Shown here: positions 9,154 through 20,764 of the stretch, in pieces
Layout: every line of letters starts with the position of its first letter
Position numbering within the stretch: position 1 is the stretch's first letter
Virus record (IMG/VR): IMGVR_UViG_3300032291_001597
Location: 32,001 to 96,000 of that record
Source: a virus
Reading direction: 5' to 3' (one strand)
DNA length: 64,000 nucleotides
Position numbers and translations under genes: made by a program
Notes under the pieces: generated by a model
The model's database searches: none
The model's input: the letters and a program-made list of their open reading frames with translations, nothing else
Told to the model about the DNA's origin: nothing

Positions 9154-9274
9154 TTTGCAATTTTTATCAATCGTGATAATCTAGACAAGCAGTCAAAGGT
9201 CTCTCGAGTTGCCTGAGATTGTGTTTGTGTTGTTGTACATAGTTATTCATCTCCTTTCAATCAATTGGGTAACG

Positions 9275-9309
9275 GAAAAGCCTCCACGAAAGTGGGGGCT
9301 TTTCTTTTA
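9275..9309 (+). terminator. intrinsic terminator / hairpin
   Basis: gaaaagcctccac-gaaa-gtgggggcttttc followed by T run. Confidence 0.8.
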
Positions 9310-9340
9310 TCGGTTTCTGGAGATAATTTATAATAGACGT

Positions 9341-9559
9341 ATGGGTGACGCTTTCGATTCTCAAGACATCAATATGGGCTTGCTAGGCAAGCACGTCACT
9401 TTACATTCCCCGTATTTTCCATCAAGTCAGCCACGCGTTGAGGGTGAAGTTACTTATATCGAGCAGGCTAAAGTTCCAGTCAAGATTGTTGTTAGACAAG
9501 ACAACGACAGAATGATTATGGTGAACGTGGCTCAGTATCGAGTGAAAGAAATCGATTAG
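9341..9559 (+). CDS. hypothetical protein (leaderless)
   Basis: TATAAT at 9329-9334, ATG at 9341. Confidence 0.65.
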   Translation: MGDAFDSQDINMGLLGKHVTLHSPYFPSSQPRVEGEVTYIEQAKVPVKIVVRQDNDRMIMVNVAQYRVKEID

Positions 9560-10842
9560 ACGATTGGTCCGCCAGCAGCCCAAGCATTACAAGTTCTTGA
9601 GGCAGCGCACTTGAAGTCAAGGGCCTCACAAAAGCCCAACTCTGCTTGGTCAATAGCATCCCAAGCGTTCTTCTCGCCCGAGGCTCCCTGCTCGATTCCC
9701 TTAGAGATGCAGTCGAGCATTTCTGGAGTGCGAACAAAGAACACGCAGTTTCCGCAGATGCTCTTGCTTGCCTCGACTGGAGTGGTGTCCCAGCGGTCAG
9801 CCTTCTCTTGCCAAAACTCTGTGTTTGGTTCGTCTGGGTTTAGTGGCCCGTAACCAACATTGTCGATAGCGTTCTGTCTGTTCTCGATATTGAGAACGAT
9901 GTCCTGAGTTGCTGGTGGACAAGAGTTGTCATCCAAAGCAAAAACCATCGACGCCAGTAAGGGAGACATAGTAGATGCCTCTGAGTGTCTTGGGTGCATC
10001 TTAGGTAGCAAGTCATTGTCCTGAACGTACTTAGAGTTGTTAGGTTTGCCTGAGCGAACCAACTTTAGGAAAGCGTTGACTCGAGCCATTGCCCACGAGT
10101 TACGGTTCTGGTCTGGACGGTGAGAAGTTGAGAACGCGCCTGCGCCGCGACGGTAGACAGCCTTGAGTTTTGCTAGAGTGACCTTGCGACCATTCTTTGC
10201 TTTCTCGTTGTGTTCGGCAACTTTCTTCTCTAGAGACTTAGTGATGGCTGCGGTAAAAGTTACACCCTTGCCATCCGAAGCAGAGCCTTTTTTGTTCTTA
10301 TCTGAGCCTTTGATTTGGTCTTTCTTAGGTGCTGGCTTAGAGCCAGCGGTGGCAGTTACAGACGCTTCGTTATCTGGTACGCAGTTGGGGACCATCTTTC
10401 CATCTTTCTTTTTCATACCAACTTGCTTGTAGCCATCCCAGCAGGGACCCTTGTTAGAAAACTCCATGTCTTCAGGATTAATTGCTATTGGCTTAGGCAT
10501 AAGTGGGTCTTGCTTTGAGTCAACGGTTACTAGAATTTTGTGCTCTCCAGCGCTTTTTCCTTCTGGCGACTTGCTTGGGTCAACAGCCCCTTCTGGTAGA
10601 ACTGCAAAACGGCAATAGCCGTCTGGGTGAACAGCATAAGCAATAATCGCGCACTCTTGACCTCCGCGGTATAGGACACAGTTGCCACACTTGACGCCCA
10701 TCTCGGCGTAGGGGTTATCTTCTGGTTCGTGATAGTCAGCCCAGATGCCTGTCTGGTCTTCGTTAAACTTGCCGTACTTGTCGGCAATAGTAATTAGCGC
10801 TTCGGCTAATTCTTTTTCTTCAGGAACCAGATTGTCAGCCAT
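9556..10842 (-). CDS. modular protein with two Cys-rich HiPIP-like units and a central phage head-associated motif
   Basis: CGNC..C..C motifs near both ends; GPCWDGY..VPNCVP; KAVYRRGAGAF..WAMARVNAFL..DLLP.MHP. Confidence 0.6.
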   Translation of the reverse strand: MADNLVPEEKELAEALITIADKYGKFNEDQTGIWADYHEPEDNPYAEMGVKCGNCVLYRGGQECAIIAYAVHPDGYCRFAVLPEGAVDPSKSPEGKSAGEHKILVTVDSKQDPLMPKPIAINPEDMEFSNKGPCWDGYKQVGMKKKDGKMVPNCVPDNEASVTATAGSKPAPKKDQIKGSDKNKKGSASDGKGVTFTAAITKSLEKKVAEHNEKAKNGRKVTLAKLKAVYRRGAGAFSTSHRPDQNRNSWAMARVNAFLKLVRSGKPNNSKYVQDNDLLPKMHPRHSEASTMSPLLASMVFALDDNSCPPATQDIVLNIENRQNAIDNVGYGPLNPDEPNTEFWQEKADRWDTTPVEASKSICGNCVFFVRTPEMLDCISKGIEQGASGEKNAWDAIDQAELGFCEALDFKCAASRTCNAWAAGGPIV

Positions 10843-11717
10843 TATTTAATCTTGCTCCAAGTAAGTGGACCAACAATGCCATCGTCTAGGGTGATGTCAG
10901 CGTGCTTCTTTTGGAGACCGATAACGGCAACGTGAAGTGCTTGGTCAAAAACGCCAGTAACTTCTAGACCGAGAGCCTTCTGAAGATAGGCAACAGTCGC
11001 GCCCTTAGAACCCTTCTTGAGTTCACCCTTCAATGCTGGCTTAGTTGCTGGAACCGCTACTGCTGGCTTTGCTGGGACAGGAGGAGTGGCAGGTGTTGCG
11101 TGTTGCGCTACAGGCTCCACCTTAGCCTGAGCCTTGCTCGCTTCGTACTTAGCCTGAACCTTGTTAGCAAACTCTTCAGTGTGCTCTGGCTCATCGTTAG
11201 TTGGAGCATCTTCTGGAGTTGGCTTTGGTGCCAACGCTAGTTCTGCTTCTTGAGCAATCAAAGCCTTGAAGAACTTGACTGCGTTTACGAAGCCCTTGCC
11301 ATCTGGTGTCCATCCGTGAGTCTTACCAGCCCACATCTCCCAGTGGAGGTGAACGCCAGTGGACATACCAGTGGTGCCCATAATGCCTAGAACAGTTCCA
11401 GCCTCAATCTTCTGACCTGGCTTTACCTTAGTAGAGTCGTCCTTTAGGTGAGCATAAAGAGTGGTGTAGAACTTGCCGTTGATTTTGTGCTGGACGATAA
11501 CGTAGTTACCAAAACCAGCGGGGGACTTTTGTGCCTTTAGAACCTTGCCAGCATAAGGTGCCTCAATATAAAACGGACCCTTGCCAAGACCGATAATGTC
11601 AGCACCATTGTGATGCTTCTTTTCCTTCTTGACTGGGTGCATACGCCAACCCATTTCGCTGGTAATCTTCCAGTCTTTGCCTAGTCTCCCATCAAGTGGG
11701 TATTGTGCCTTTGCCAT
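10842..11717 (-). CDS. endolysin: M23 peptidase plus peptidoglycan-binding domain
   Basis: HNGAD, YAHL, HLHWE; C-term YLQKALG..DGIVGPLTW. Confidence 0.9.
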   Translation of the reverse strand: MAKAQYPLDGRLGKDWKITSEMGWRMHPVKKEKKHHNGADIIGLGKGPFYIEAPYAGKVLKAQKSPAGFGNYVIVQHKINGKFYTTLYAHLKDDSTKVKPGQKIEAGTVLGIMGTTGMSTGVHLHWEMWAGKTHGWTPDGKGFVNAVKFFKALIAQEAELALAPKPTPEDAPTNDEPEHTEEFANKVQAKYEASKAQAKVEPVAQHATPATPPVPAKPAVAVPATKPALKGELKKGSKGATVAYLQKALGLEVTGVFDQALHVAVIGLQKKHADITLDDGIVGPLTWSKIK

Positions 11718-11784
11718 GATTAATCCTTAGTTTTTGTTTACTATAAGTTTATGACAGATACAATTCGCTGATTCTAGAAGAAAC

Positions 11785-12057
11785 TTAAATTTGCGCGTCT
11801 TTCTTTGGCTTCTTTACTGTAGCCTTGCGTTCCTTCTTAGTTCCGTCATAAACGAGACCGTCTCCATCGCCGTCCTTAGGACTTTCCTTAGGCTCGGCTG
11901 GGTTTCTTAGCGGATAGGTCGCCACCCACACTGCTAGGGTTCCGATGATGCAATAACCCACGATGGTCTTTGCTGACCCTTCGAGAACTACCCACGCCAC
12001 GAACATACCTAGCAAAGTCCATACTTGACCGATTAGGTCACTCAGGATTTTCTTCAT
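11785..12057 (-). CDS. holin-like two-TM protein
   Basis: Two hydrophobic segments, basic tail, directly upstream of the lysin. Confidence 0.55.
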   Translation of the reverse strand: MKKILSDLIGQVWTLLGMFVAWVVLEGSAKTIVGYCIIGTLAVWVATYPLRNPAEPKESPKDGDGDGLVYDGTKKERKATVKKPKKDAQI

Positions 12058-12074
12058 TAGTTTTCTTCCTTTTC

Positions 12075-14576
<2,502 letters not shown>

Positions 14577-14634
14577 GAGACATCCTTTAAATAGTGGACT
14601 GTCTCTCCCCCTATAATTTTACCTTATTTTGGGG

Positions 14635-14871
14635 TCAACTATCTTCTGGCGCTGGCTTTAGGTTTTCGTGCCAAACCATTCCCCTGACTGCGTTCATCAA
14701 CTCGAATGAGACGCTTGTGAGGTCTTCTGTGGCTAGTAGCAGGTCTGCTTGACGCTCGGGGTTGAATGGGTCTAATAGGCTCTGTTGGACTTCCTCAAGA
14801 ACGTGAGCGCATAGTTTTATCTTGCGAATGTTGTCACTAACTTGCTGGTCATAGTCATCTAAAAAAGCCAT
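14635..14871 (-). CDS. hypothetical protein (leaderless)
   Basis: TATAAT-N6-ATG on the minus strand. Confidence 0.65.
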   Translation of the reverse strand: MAFLDDYDQQVSDNIRKIKLCAHVLEEVQQSLLDPFNPERQADLLLATEDLTSVSFELMNAVRGMVWHENLKPAPEDS

Positions 14872-15062
14872 GGAATTATTATAAGTGGTTCGGTTCTGGT
14901 TGTATTTTAATGTATCACTTTTTCTGCGACGGTGTTCTTTTGTGGGAGGCGGAGGATTAAAAATGGTCGACGTCGTTATGAAATAAAGGAAGTGTTGGGA
15001 AATGTCAGGAAATCGGGAAAAAGGATACTGAAGGAAAAAGTGAAAAATAATTGATAAAAGTG

Positions 15063-15198
15063 GATAGTATCTCGGAAGGGTGAAAACTGAGATACTATCG
15101 AAAAATAGTAAAAGATAATTATTGTTTTGCGATAGTATCTACAACCTAATACAACCTAAAAATCCAATCAATCGAAGTTCTATTACGCGCATGCGCGT
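15063..15198. repeat. inverted and direct repeat cluster in a divergent intergenic region
   Basis: GATAGTATCT at 15063, 15131 and inverted at 15090; TACAACCTAA x2 at 15140-15159; palindrome ACGCGCATGCGCGT at 15185-15198. Confidence 0.8.
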
Positions 15199-15293
15199 GC
15201 GTGTATAGGTGGCAGAAAACACGGTTGAATGGATAAATAGGTTTATTACTTGATTGGGTCGTAATGGATTGTATTTGGGTGTAGGATTTAGTT

Positions 15294-15755
15294 ATGACTA
15301 ATCCATTCGAATTTTTGGACATTGACGAGAACGAAGCCAAAGAAACTCTGTCCGAAATCAATCGAGTAGGTAATCGAGATAAACGCATTTGTATCTGCGG
15401 ACACTCAATCAATTACCACTCATTTATTTCGACAAGAGGACATCACACTTGTAACGCACAGAAAAATGCTTGTAAGTGTCGAAACCCTAGACCAGTTCTA
15501 GAAACCACTAACGCACGAGTATTCAATCGAAAGACACAAGGCGCTGCTGGACTTCACGCATTGACGCAAGGAATTGCTGGTGCGATGGAAGTTGGGGCAA
15601 CAATAGAGTGGCTCATTGAAATGAAATGCGACAAGTGTGACACTGTTGGACCAGTAGTTCCAGTTCCAGTAACACAACAAGGAGTGATTAGCAGTAGCGG
15701 TCACACTGGCTTTGACAAAATGCTATGTAGAGGATGTCGCACAAATGGACAGTAA
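15294..15755 (+). CDS. Cys/His-rich (zinc-binding) hypothetical protein
   Basis: CICGH..H..C..CKC, CDKC, CRGC. Confidence 0.7.
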   Translation: MTNPFEFLDIDENEAKETLSEINRVGNRDKRICICGHSINYHSFISTRGHHTCNAQKNACKCRNPRPVLETTNARVFNRKTQGAAGLHALTQGIAGAMEVGATIEWLIEMKCDKCDTVGPVVPVPVTQQGVISSSGHTGFDKMLCRGCRTNGQ

Positions 15756-16413
15756 TGCTAAACCGCACTACAACGTAGTGATTGCTACACCGGGCAGACA
15801 GTTTCACGCTGACTATGTGATGTCGCTATTGGAAACAACTAAGTGGCTGAATGAGAATGGGTTGACTTACACGATGCTCAACACCTATTCGTCTTTTGTT
15901 CCAAGTGCCAGAGAAATGACAGCAACTGGAACCTACGTCCACAACTGGGAGACCAAAGAAGTTGGGAGTGGCAAATTCACCTACGACAAAATCTTCTGGA
16001 TTGATTCAGATATCTCTTGGACTAACGAAGACTTTCGAAGAATCTACGAAAGTGAATTAGATGTTGTCAGCGGACTCTACCAAACGGATGTCTACGGAAC
16101 GGTTGCTTGTAACTATCCAGACAACGAAGGCAGACCTACCAAAGTCAACAAGGTTGAGTTCCTATTGTTCGATGAGCCTGTCGAAGTAGGTGGAGTAGGT
16201 TTCGGATTCGTCGCGATGAAGCAGGGCGTCTTCGAGAGTATCCCAAGACCTTGGTTTGGTATCAAGAAAATCAAATGGCCTGAACACGACTTTTTGACTA
16301 ATGTTGGAGAAGACTATTCGTGGTGCTACAACGCGACTGGCGCAGGGTACAAAATTTGGATTGACCCATTGGTCAAAGTAAATCACCACAAGGAGACTGT
16401 CTATGTCGTTTAG
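15745..16413 (+). CDS. GT-A fold glycosyltransferase (family 2-like)
   Basis: VVIATPG, FWIDSD (DxD), GFGFVA, GED..WC, VNHHK; start uncertain. Confidence 0.8.
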   Translation: MDSNAKPHYNVVIATPGRQFHADYVMSLLETTKWLNENGLTYTMLNTYSSFVPSAREMTATGTYVHNWETKEVGSGKFTYDKIFWIDSDISWTNEDFRRIYESELDVVSGLYQTDVYGTVACNYPDNEGRPTKVNKVEFLLFDEPVEVGGVGFGFVAMKQGVFESIPRPWFGIKKIKWPEHDFLTNVGEDYSWCYNATGAGYKIWIDPLVKVNHHKETVYVV

Positions 16414-16702
16414 TGACAACATCAAAGTAATGACCATAAACTACGCCAGCATCAAAGACTGCGATATCTTGTCGTTCGACGAAATCCCAGAAGAGCAAAC
16501 CAAAATTCTTAGAGAACGTCCAGAGAGCGAAGAAGCGTTCCTTGAGAGATTCCAGAAGATTATCCAACTGGCACTAATCGACCCTGCTCGTTGGAGCGAG
16601 TTTGAAGAATTATCTATGGATGAGTTCTTTACGTTCTTTTGGAAATGGGTCCAAGCCAGTAGTATAATAGACGAAGAAGACGTAGAGCACGGAACGATTT
16701 AG
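16403..16702 (+). CDS. hypothetical protein
   Basis: In operon. Confidence 0.6.
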   Translation: MSFSDNIKVMTINYASIKDCDILSFDEIPEEQTKILRERPESEEAFLERFQKIIQLALIDPARWSEFEELSMDEFFTFFWKWVQASSIIDEEDVEHGTI

Positions 16703-16935
16703 TGGCAAACATCTGCGGATGGTGTATGACTGGGTATCACGACACGTGTAAGCCCAAGATTGTTTTCTACGACAAAGTTTGGTATTGTAACTGTGTCCAA
16801 TGTAAAGACAAGCAAACTGAAGGAGTGACGAATGAGGAACCTGTTTCGCAAACTGTTCTACCCGAACCGACCGCTGACACATCAGCACGGTCCGAGGCAC
16901 CTACTACTAAAAAAGTAAAAAGAAAACTGAAATGA
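16702..16935 (+). CDS. small Cys-rich protein
   Basis: CGWCMTGYHDTC..CNCVQC. Confidence 0.6.
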   Translation: MANICGWCMTGYHDTCKPKIVFYDKVWYCNCVQCKDKQTEGVTNEEPVSQTVLPEPTADTSARSEAPTTKKVKRKLK

Positions 16936-17558
16936 TTGACTACACCATAAAGCAGGTGTCTTCCAAAGAATCAAACCAGATGGTCGTGGACAACCACTAC
17001 CTTCATCGCAAGGCATCGAATATGTATGCCTATGGTTTGTTCGATGGCGAAGAAATGATTGGCTGTGTGATTTACGGGAAACCAGCATCACCCAGTTTGT
17101 GTGTGGGAGTTTGTGGTCCAGAGGAATCTAGTCAAGTGCTAGAACTAACCAGACTCTGGATTGCTGACAAAACTCCAAAGAACACAGAGTCATACCTGAT
17201 TGGTCGTAGCCTAAGGATGTTGCCAAAAGACAGAGACATCATCGTGTCCTATGCCGAAATCGGAGCAGGTCACGTTGGTACTGTCTACCAAGCAACCAAC
17301 TGGATTTACACAGGAATGTCCGACCGCCACGTTGAGTGGAGATTGGATGGAGAATCCAGCACACACTCTCGCCACATCTTTGACGAGCACGGCGGAGTAA
17401 ACGGAGCAAAGGCTTTCTTTGGCGACAGACTCGAAAGAGCAGAACGTCCACGAAAGCATCGATACGTTTTCTTCAACACTTCATCAAAGAGAAGGAAACG
17501 AGAACTTCTAGACAAACTAAGATATAAAATCCAACCCTATCCAAAGAAGGAAACCTAA
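16932..17558 (+). CDS. mom: Mom-like GNAT-fold DNA modification protein
   Basis: HYLHR, ELTRLW, NTESYLIGRSL, VSYA..GHVGTVYQATNWIYTG. Confidence 0.8.
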   Translation: MIDYTIKQVSSKESNQMVVDNHYLHRKASNMYAYGLFDGEEMIGCVIYGKPASPSLCVGVCGPEESSQVLELTRLWIADKTPKNTESYLIGRSLRMLPKDRDIIVSYAEIGAGHVGTVYQATNWIYTGMSDRHVEWRLDGESSTHSRHIFDEHGGVNGAKAFFGDRLERAERPRKHRYVFFNTSSKRRKRELLDKLRYKIQPYPKKET

Positions 17559-17966
17559 ATGAAGAAATGGTTCGAAGAGTTCCTAAACAAAATTAGACCA
17601 GCCAAGACAACCAAGGCTGAAACAATCACCCTTATTGAAACCGTAAACAACATCGCCAGAGACAACACAGGCAGATGGGTTTCGGACGATTTGGGAAAGC
17701 CAGTCCTAAAGACTGACGACCCAGCACGAATCGCAAAGTTCACTAAGCGCCAAGAAGATTACTACTTGTCGGTCGCCAAGAAAGTATCCTGCTGCGGCGG
17801 TGGCGCTTCAGGTTGCCAGTGCTCCCTGAAGCCGACGGACAACAAAAAGGTTGAAGAAGTAAAAGCCGAAGCCAAGCGTCAGCAAGAAAAGTATGGAACT
17901 CAAAAGCCAGTTGCTAAGAAAAAGCCAACTGGTGGAGGCACCAAAAAAGAACAAGCAACAGAGTAA
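17559..17966 (+). CDS. hypothetical basic protein
   Basis: Directly follows mom; precedes a terminator. Confidence 0.6.
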   Translation: MKKWFEEFLNKIRPAKTTKAETITLIETVNNIARDNTGRWVSDDLGKPVLKTDDPARIAKFTKRQEDYYLSVAKKVSCCGGGASGCQCSLKPTDNKKVEEVKAEAKRQQEKYGTQKPVAKKKPTGGGTKKEQATE

Positions 17967-17987
17967 TTTCAAAACAGTTTCAAACTA

Positions 17988-18030
17988 AGCCCCGAAAAAA
18001 TCACTAACCCTGATTTTTCGGGGTTTTTTC
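17988..18030 (+). terminator. intrinsic terminator
   Basis: aagcccgaaaaaatca..tgatttttcgggttttt. Confidence 0.75.
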
Positions 18031-18252
18031 TGCCTTTCTAAATGAAAAAGGTAGCGGTCAGGCTCACCTCATCAAAAATTTCGTCCAAATCAAAAATAAA
18101 GATTGACTTTATAGTGATAACTGTCAGGTTGTATAAACCTGTGGGATGAGACACCCTTAGGTTGCCCAAAGCACACGAATGGGTCGGGCGGGAAGCAGTC
18201 TCTCCCCCGACTTCCCGTCCGACTCTTATGAAATAGCAAGGACGTAATTTCA

Positions 18253-19182
18253 ATGTCAGACCCTCGTGCTATAGATTCGGCGGACCCTTTCTCTACTCCT
18301 ATCGCAGAGAAGCCAGACGTTCAGGTCGACACTCCAACTAACCTCCGCCCCGACCTTTCTCAATATGGAATCGAAGAAGTAGACAAGGGCATCTGCGAAG
18401 ACACGTATGAGAACCGCGCTGCCTTACGTCGAGCAAAGATGAACTGGATTCCTGTTTACGCAGTGAACGGCGTTCCTACTGGAACCATCCAAGCCATCTC
18501 TCCTGAGATGCAAACTCAGCAAAGAATGTTGAGCCTCGATGAGAAGGTCGCAATTCTTTCAGACCCTAAAAATAAAAACTCGGATTACTTGACGGGCTTC
18601 GACCTTCTTGCTGAATCCGAGGGCGACTTGATTGCGCCACCTTGGGTTCTCGGCGCGACGCGCGTTTGGGCAAAACTCTATAATGAAGCGAACGGCGATT
18701 TCGAATCGCTTGGAAAAAAGGTACCCCCTTTACCATCACGTTGTAAGGCCATCAAGGACGACGGCATCCGCTGTCAGTTATGGACTGGAGGACGTCCACA
18801 GGATGACGGCTTCTGTCGCGTTCACCTTGGCGCGTTACGCAATAAACCGACGGACTCAGTTGAACGCGCTCGCGCACGTCTGACTCAGGTTGCCCCTGTT
18901 GCTGTCGACACCCTTGAGCAGTTGATGGAGTCAGCCGAGTCTGAGCCAGTGAAACTAAAAGCAGCCACAGAAATTTTGGACCGCGCGGGTGTCAGAGCAG
19001 GCTTTGATATAAATACTGATGTTACTCTAGACGTCAGGCCCGCTGCTTCTATAATCGCCGAACGTCTACAACGGTTAGCCCAAAACACGCTCGATGCTCA
19101 AAGACGTATCGACGAAGCACAGCCACCGACCATTGAAGTAGAAGTAGAAGAAGCAGAGGTAGTTCCAGATGACGCTAAGTGA
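18253..19182 (+). CDS. probable terminase small subunit with CCCH-type zinc finger
   Basis: CKAIKDDGIRC..FCRVH followed by ARARL..APVAV..ESEPVKLKAATEILDRAG. Confidence 0.55.
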   Translation: MSDPRAIDSADPFSTPIAEKPDVQVDTPTNLRPDLSQYGIEEVDKGICEDTYENRAALRRAKMNWIPVYAVNGVPTGTIQAISPEMQTQQRMLSLDEKVAILSDPKNKNSDYLTGFDLLAESEGDLIAPPWVLGATRVWAKLYNEANGDFESLGKKVPPLPSRCKAIKDDGIRCQLWTGGRPQDDGFCRVHLGALRNKPTDSVERARARLTQVAPVAVDTLEQLMESAESEPVKLKAATEILDRAGVRAGFDINTDVTLDVRPAASIIAERLQRLAQNTLDAQRRIDEAQPPTIEVEVEEAEVVPDDAK

Positions 19183-19378
19183 ACTAATTGAGTTAGCGAC
19201 GGAGCACACCTTACGGCTCGCGGAAGACGTCAAACTTGCGTCGACTAGAATGGAACACGTGCGGGTTACGGCTCGCGCTAATGAAGCATCGAACTTACTC
19301 CACGCCCTAATGCACTACACACCCGACGGATTGCCAGCAAACAATGTCTCTATTTCAGAAGCCGAACCCGACGAGTAA
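19169..19378 (+). CDS. hypothetical protein
   Basis: Overlap-coupled to both neighbours. Confidence 0.6.
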   Translation: MTLSELIELATEHTLRLAEDVKLASTRMEHVRVTARANEASNLLHALMHYTPDGLPANNVSISEAEPDE

Positions 19379-20120
19379 CGTCGAGCGTTTTATTGCACAA
19401 GCCCTAAGTTATAACGGATACACCGCGAGCGCGGGCCGTATCAATATCTTCGGCGAGCGCCTTGGTATGAACGGCTTGCCTTGGGACGGTATCTTTATTG
19501 ACGTCGTCGCCCGCGAAGTCGGCGTGCCCCTACCTTCCCACATTTATCCACCCGTCGCGCTCGCGGAATACATGGGGTCGGGACTTTTCCGTGCGAAGCC
19601 TCGACGGGGAGACATTGTGTTCTTTGCGACGTCTGAGGTAATGGACTTCGGCTCGCCTCACGTTGGTATAGTAACGGATGCCTCACGGCACGCGATAGAC
19701 GGAACCTTCACAACGGTGGAGGGTATGGTCGGAAACGGCAAGCCTAAGAGTCCCCAAAATGGAGACGGAGTGCATGTGCGTGTCCGTCACCAAACGGAGG
19801 TCATCGGATATGCCCGTCCACGTTTTATTTCTTTAGCAGAACGGATGACCAAAGCGGGAGATGTTCCGACGGTTGTTCCTGCCCAGTTGCGTAACGGCTT
19901 GCGTCATAAGAACGTCGAGGTGGTTCAACTCGCGCTCGCTGGATTGTTCACGGACGTTCGCGGTTTGCCACGGGGACACTTCGATACACGGACTCGACTT
20001 GCTTACGCCAGATTCCAACGGAGCATCGGATATCCGCCTTCGCGTGCAACGGGTGAGGTTGACCTCGCTTCCCTGCAACGGCTTGCCGAGATGACGGGTT
20101 TGTTCACCGCGAGCGCGTAG
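19344..20120 (+). CDS. CHAP-like domain (catalytic Cys replaced by Asp) plus peptidoglycan-binding domain
   Basis: PWDGIF, GDIVFF, HVGIV, TVEG; C-term GHFDTRTRLAYARFQ..G.VD. Confidence 0.75.
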   Translation: MSLFQKPNPTSNVERFIAQALSYNGYTASAGRINIFGERLGMNGLPWDGIFIDVVAREVGVPLPSHIYPPVALAEYMGSGLFRAKPRRGDIVFFATSEVMDFGSPHVGIVTDASRHAIDGTFTTVEGMVGNGKPKSPQNGDGVHVRVRHQTEVIGYARPRFISLAERMTKAGDVPTVVPAQLRNGLRHKNVEVVQLALAGLFTDVRGLPRGHFDTRTRLAYARFQRSIGYPPSRATGEVDLASLQRLAEMTGLFTASA

Positions 20121-20471
20121 GTAACGAAATGATAACGGCTTATGATTTAATCTTGACAAACCGAGAAAAGTCACTTTAAAATGTCTCCGACATTTTAAAG
20201 CAAATTTCGATACACTTCCCTCTACAGGCCAGTGTTTAGGCGGGGGTCGATTTTCCCCCTTTTATTTCATACGGTAAGCAATGATGAGGCCCGCCTCTCG
20301 AAAAGGGGTCCCCATTTTTCCAAGCGGCGAGCCAGGTTTTGCCAGGCGCTTCAGCACGGTTATTTCATAACGGCCTGCCTTAGCGCGAAGCGGGGAACGT
20401 TGACGGCGAGCGTTTACACGCGCTATGTTTGTTTACACAACGGCAAGCCAATAACGGAAAGTAGGAGACGG

Positions 20472-20699
20472 ATGGACTTTGACGCGTGGTTGAAGATGGG
20501 TTACGAGAACGGGTGGGTAGGACCCGACGTGTGCTTTACGCACGACGGCGTGCCAATGACGGCAAGCGAAGAAGCGGAGTTCGAGACGGGGGACCCTTGC
20601 GTACACATAGTGCGCCTGTACGAGTCAACGGATGCGAAACGTGACGTCGAGGAGAACCACTCACCGAGTTTATGGAGAGCCACTAACAAGGGGTGGTAG
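20472..20699 (+). CDS. hypothetical phage protein
   Basis: RBS aggag, MDFDAWLKMGYENGW..CFTHDG. Confidence 0.7.
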   Translation: MDFDAWLKMGYENGWVGPDVCFTHDGVPMTASEEAEFETGDPCVHIVRLYESTDAKRDVEENHSPSLWRATNKGW

Positions 20700-20764
20700 T
20701 TTTTCCAAGCGGGGGTTGACGGACTCTCGAATCAAGCCTCCGGGTTTGTTTTATGATAAAAGCC

